64,000 bases of DNA, taken from Abditibacterium sp. (lineage in GTDB: Bacteria > Armatimonadota > Abditibacteriia > Abditibacteriales > Abditibacteriaceae). The stretch is from NCBI GenBank assembly GCA_965199495.1, contig CBDASK010000003.1, forward strand, positions 3,904,001 to 3,968,000, written 5' to 3'. Of the stretch, positions 60,683 to 64,000 are shown in pieces. Below the pieces are notes generated by a model, which saw only the letters and a program-made list of their open reading frames with translations, did not search any database and was not told the origin of the DNA. The position numbers and the translations under genes are program-made. Position 1 is the stretch's first letter. Each line of letters starts with the position of its first letter.

Positions 60683-61246
60683 ATGGATATTTCAAATTGG
60701 ATGTGTTGGGAAGGCGGCGTTGATTTAGTCGCGCTGTCTGCCCCGAACTTGCCGATGCCAAACGTCATCGTGCATCTGGCGCGCATGGTTCACACGCCTC
60801 TCGATTCGACGCCTGCGGGCATCGTGATGTTGCCCGACTGGGGCGACGCATCTGCTCCGCCGCGCGTGCTGGGTTTTGTCGCGGGCGATGCTCAAATCGG
60901 CGCCTATTTTGGGCCGCATATCTTCGCCGATACGCCGTTCGAGAACGCGCCGGTTTTGGCCGCGCAGATTGAAATGACCATCGGCGACGATGCAGCCACG
61001 GCGCGCGTGCGCGTCGGCGGTTTCGACATCGAAGTGCGCATGAGCGAACTTTCGGCGCCCTACAAAGTTGACCGCAACGCGGGCGATGGCAACGATTTGC
61101 CGTTTTTCCAGCAGGGCGTCGAGCGTAGCGCTGGCCGTGTCGAGTTGAGCGTCAACGGTCAAGTCGTTCCGCTCACAATTCCATCCGTTGGCCTAACGGG
61201 TGGCCCCGCCGCCGTTGTGGCGCCATGCGGATTGTATGGGCGTTGA
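60683..61246 (+). CDS. Hypothetical protein
   Basis: AAGGAG before ATG and host-like codon usage. No recognised motif. Confidence 0.65.
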   Translation: MDISNWMCWEGGVDLVALSAPNLPMPNVIVHLARMVHTPLDSTPAGIVMLPDWGDASAPPRVLGFVAGDAQIGAYFGPHIFADTPFENAPVLAAQIEMTIGDDAATARVRVGGFDIEVRMSELSAPYKVDRNAGDGNDLPFFQQGVERSAGRVELSVNGQVVPLTIPSVGLTGGPAAVVAPCGLYGR

Positions 61247-61485
61247 TTTGTGAGCAGTAAACAGCCACTGAATTTACCATCCAATAGAATTCGGAGCGGA
61301 AGCGATGCGGAGAACTTAGGTTCGTCGTATCGCTTCCGAGCCTGATTCTATTTTGGTTTGAATCGGAATGAATTTGCTCTGGCGTTATCGCCGTTTTGGA
61401 ATATCATATCTTGAATAATGCTCACCGCCGATTGACAGCCACCGGCAAACAAGACCACACTACGCGCGGTTTTTCGGAATTGGAT

Positions 61486-62163
61486 ATGACGAAACGAAGC
61501 CCTTTTTACAGATCAGTCATCGCTCTGGCGAGCACGCTTGCTCCGGTTTTATTAGTGGGTTGCGGTGGCGGGAACTCTGGGCCATCGGTTCGCCCGACTC
61601 CGCTACCAACGAGTGTGCCCGGCGGCCCCTATCGTCTGCGCGGTGCGCTTGATTTTAGTGGCGCCGCGCCCGGTAGCCCATTCGACGCGGCGGCGCTCAC
61701 GGCCTTCGATGACCTGAGCGACGCGGGGTTTCTGCGCACGCTGACAACCGACGAGGGCGTGTTGCAGTTCGCGCGCTTTAGCGGCAAACGCAGCGCGTTT
61801 GGCCCAACGGCGCGCACGCTCAACGTCGGCATTGGCCTCACTTCCATCGAAGAGAACGAGCGCCCTTATGTGCCGTTTGTGGCGGGGCGGACTTTTGTGC
61901 TAAAGCCGCAGGAGATCAACCAATTTTACAATCTCTATGTGGATGGAGTGCGCATGGATTTGGGTGATGGCACGTTTTACCGCAGCGTGTCGGGGCAAAT
62001 CAAAGTTCTCGCCGTCGGCCCCGATTCGCTGACTTTGGGTTTGACGGGTGTGCGCATGGAAACTCTGCGCGCGGCTCACTTCGATAGTTTTCAGCTCGAT
62101 GGCACGCTCGCCGTCGGCGGGCTGTCGGTGTTTAGTCTGCGCACCCAAGCCGCGAAAAACTAA
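61486..62163 (+). CDS. Lipoprotein, domain B only
   Basis: Lipobox LVGC-GGG, YRSVSGQIKV...DSLTL...SFQLDGTL. Confidence 0.7.
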   Translation: MTKRSPFYRSVIALASTLAPVLLVGCGGGNSGPSVRPTPLPTSVPGGPYRLRGALDFSGAAPGSPFDAAALTAFDDLSDAGFLRTLTTDEGVLQFARFSGKRSAFGPTARTLNVGIGLTSIEENERPYVPFVAGRTFVLKPQEINQFYNLYVDGVRMDLGDGTFYRSVSGQIKVLAVGPDSLTLGLTGVRMETLRAAHFDSFQLDGTLAVGGLSVFSLRTQAAKN

Positions 62164-62184
62164 ATTTTGGCAGTCCTCAACTCT

Positions 62185-63105
62185 ATGTTTCCTTCTCGTT
62201 CTCTGCGGTTTTGCACTCTCGCCGCGATCCCGATTTTGTCTTTATCTTTGGCCAGTTGTGGCGGCGGTGGCTCTAATTTGCCTTCGCCTCTGCCAATCGC
62301 GACGCTGGCGCCGCCGCCGCGTTATGTTTCCCAAACGACCGAATCGTTCGATAACCAACAGTTCACGCTTGTAAATGGGCAAATTTTCACCTTTAATTTG
62401 CAAACCTACGCGGGCGAAACGCGGATTTCGGGATCGGGCACAATCGCTGGTTTCGGGCCACCCGGTTCGCCCCAACCAGGCCGACTCGGCTTCGAGGGAC
62501 AGCGCACCGGGCCGCGCGAGTTCGAGGCGCAGTTGGATGCCTCGCTTGGCTTTCTCAAGGCGCGACTGGCGACCGCGACTGATCCGGGTTCGTTCACTTA
62601 TTTAACGCGCGATAGCAGCGAAAGCGGCGTCATTGTGCCGACTGCACAGGCCCAGCCCACGCCAACTCCACCGCCGAGCGCACAAACCGCGCAGGTGCAG
62701 GTCACGATCAGCGCTTCGAGCGATTCCAACTATCGCCAGACGCCGTTAGACAATGGGGGCATCGAACGGACTTCGGCCACAACGCTGAGCGGTGGCCTCA
62801 CTGGAAGTACGAGTTCAACAGGCACTTCAACCTATTTAAGTTTCGACGATTTGCCTTTGCGCGTCGGCGCCCAGTTGAACGGTGCGACTGGGCGACCGAT
62901 TTACCTGTCGAACAGCGAATATCGCGGCGAAAACCGCAATTATCAGGCGCGTTCGGGCACAATCGAAGTCGTGGCTATCGAAGGCGATAAGGTTACAATT
63001 CGGTTCAATGACCTGATCTATGTGCCCGCGCCGCCGTTCAATTCGACGCCCAATCCGGCGACTGGCACCCTCAGGCTCAACGGCACCTTGACCGGACGAT
63101 TCTGA
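62185..63105 (+). CDS. Lipoprotein, domain A + linker + domain B
   Basis: Lipobox LASC-GGG, FTLVNGQ, YQARSGTIEV...GTLRLNGTL. Confidence 0.72.
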   Translation: MFPSRSLRFCTLAAIPILSLSLASCGGGGSNLPSPLPIATLAPPPRYVSQTTESFDNQQFTLVNGQIFTFNLQTYAGETRISGSGTIAGFGPPGSPQPGRLGFEGQRTGPREFEAQLDASLGFLKARLATATDPGSFTYLTRDSSESGVIVPTAQAQPTPTPPPSAQTAQVQVTISASSDSNYRQTPLDNGGIERTSATTLSGGLTGSTSSTGTSTYLSFDDLPLRVGAQLNGATGRPIYLSNSEYRGENRNYQARSGTIEVVAIEGDKVTIRFNDLIYVPAPPFNSTPNPATGTLRLNGTLTGRF

Positions 63106-63148
63106 TGTGCATGGAACAAAGCCACGCCGCCCGCAGTCCAAACGCGCG

Positions 63149-64000
63149 ATGAAACCCTTTTTTCTCTTCGTCGCGCCACTTTGTTTGGCTCCGCTCGCGC
63201 TTTCTTCAACTGCAATGGCCCAAAATAAAACCGAATTACCCCTCCAACAAGTCGTGTTATTTTCCAGCGGCGTCGGCTACTTTTCGCGCGCGGGCGAAAT
63301 TAACAACGACGCGGTTGTTGATCTGACGGTGCGCAAAGGCCAGCTCTCGGATTTGCTCAAATCGTTGGTTTTGTTCGACGAGAAAGGCACCGTCGCGCCG
63401 GTTTCTTATGGCATCGAGGATTATTTGGGCACGCGCGTTTTGGGCGACGATTTGAATTTGCCCGATAGCGCCACGCCGGGCGCGATTCTCAAAACGTTTC
63501 GCGGCGCGACGGTTGTTTTGTCGTTGCGCGGCGGCGGCAAAGTCGAAGGCCGCATCGCTTCGGTTTCGACGCGTCAAATTCTGGGCGATAAAGGCGCGAT
63601 TAGCGTCGAAGTCGCCAACGTCTTGACGGCCACTGGCCTTCGCAGCGTGGATTTAAGCGAGGTCGAATCGTTTCAATTCGCCGATGCCGCATTACAAGCG
63701 AAGTTCGTCGGCGCTTTGGAAAAGAGCGCCGGATTGCTAACGACGCAACTCGATGACGGCGCGCGCAGCGTGACTTTGCGGTTCAACGGCAAAGGCAAAC
63801 GCCGGGCGCGAGCGGGTTATTTGTTGGAAATGCCGGTCTGGAAAACCAGTTATCGTCTGGTTTTGGACGACGCCAAAAAGCCGTTTTTGCAGGGCTGGGC
63901 GATTGTCGAAAACCCGACCGACGCCGATTGGAAAGAGGTCAATTTGAGTTTGGTCGCCGGGCGCCCGATTTCGTTCATTCAGAATTTGGCGATCCCAATT
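63149..64000 (+). CDS. DUF4139-family secreted protein, 3'-truncated
   Basis: Manual translation: signal peptide, LPLQQVVLFSSGVGYF, DLLKSLVL, PVWKTSYRL, LQGWAIVEN--DW--V-LSLV-GRPISF. Confidence 0.8.
   Translation, partial: MKPFFLFVAPLCLAPLALSSTAMAQNKTELPLQQVVLFSSGVGYFSRAGEINNDAVVDLTVRKGQLSDLLKSLVLFDEKGTVAPVSYGIEDYLGTRVLGDDLNLPDSATPGAILKTFRGATVVLSLRGGGKVEGRIASVSTRQILGDKGAISVEVANVLTATGLRSVDLSEVESFQFADAALQAKFVGALEKSAGLLTTQLDDGARSVTLRFNGKGKRRARAGYLLEMPVWKTSYRLVLDDAKKPFLQGWAIVENPTDADWKEVNLSLVAGRPISFIQNLAIPI

Noticed and set aside
1..64000. Abundant GCGCGC/CGCGCG hexamers as a HIP-like signal
   Set aside because: Plausibly explained by preferred GCG and CGC codons in Ala-Arg pairs. It cannot be separated from codon bias without computation.

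Overview
GC-rich bacterial window (gene style suggests Abditibacteriota/Armatimonadota, which is an unverified impression). From left to right it holds: a truncated HEAT-repeat gene, a frameshifted TPR gene, an EEF1AKMT1/N6AMT2-like methyltransferase, and a RAYT transposase between two GTAG-type REPINs. Next come gap, a divergent sugar-utilisation locus (two RbsABC-like transporters, secreted GalM, GH2, GH51), dapA-udg-two LolA-like paralogs-rnj, PhyH, Uma2, PPK2, a CheB-CheR-PAS-HisKA_3 kinase and a GH144-like gene. The most unusual block is a six-gene co-oriented cluster at about 34.8-45.8 kb: Zn-ribbon/Ig-like Hsp70-fold ATPase, GrpE-like protein, multi-Zn-ribbon protein, membrane-anchored vWA-like protein, 3-TM protein and a 1121-aa Tubulin_2/FtsZ-like protein. 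It is followed by pheT/pheS, modular CGGG lipoproteins, five tandem secreted ankyrin proteins and a truncated DUF4139 gene. Two non-coding patterns stand out. One is a set of at least seven unrelated families of long intergenic inverted repeats. The other is the octamer CAGCCACG, found about 41 times by manual count and split evenly between strands, like a DNA uptake sequence. No rRNA, tRNA or CRISPR array was seen.
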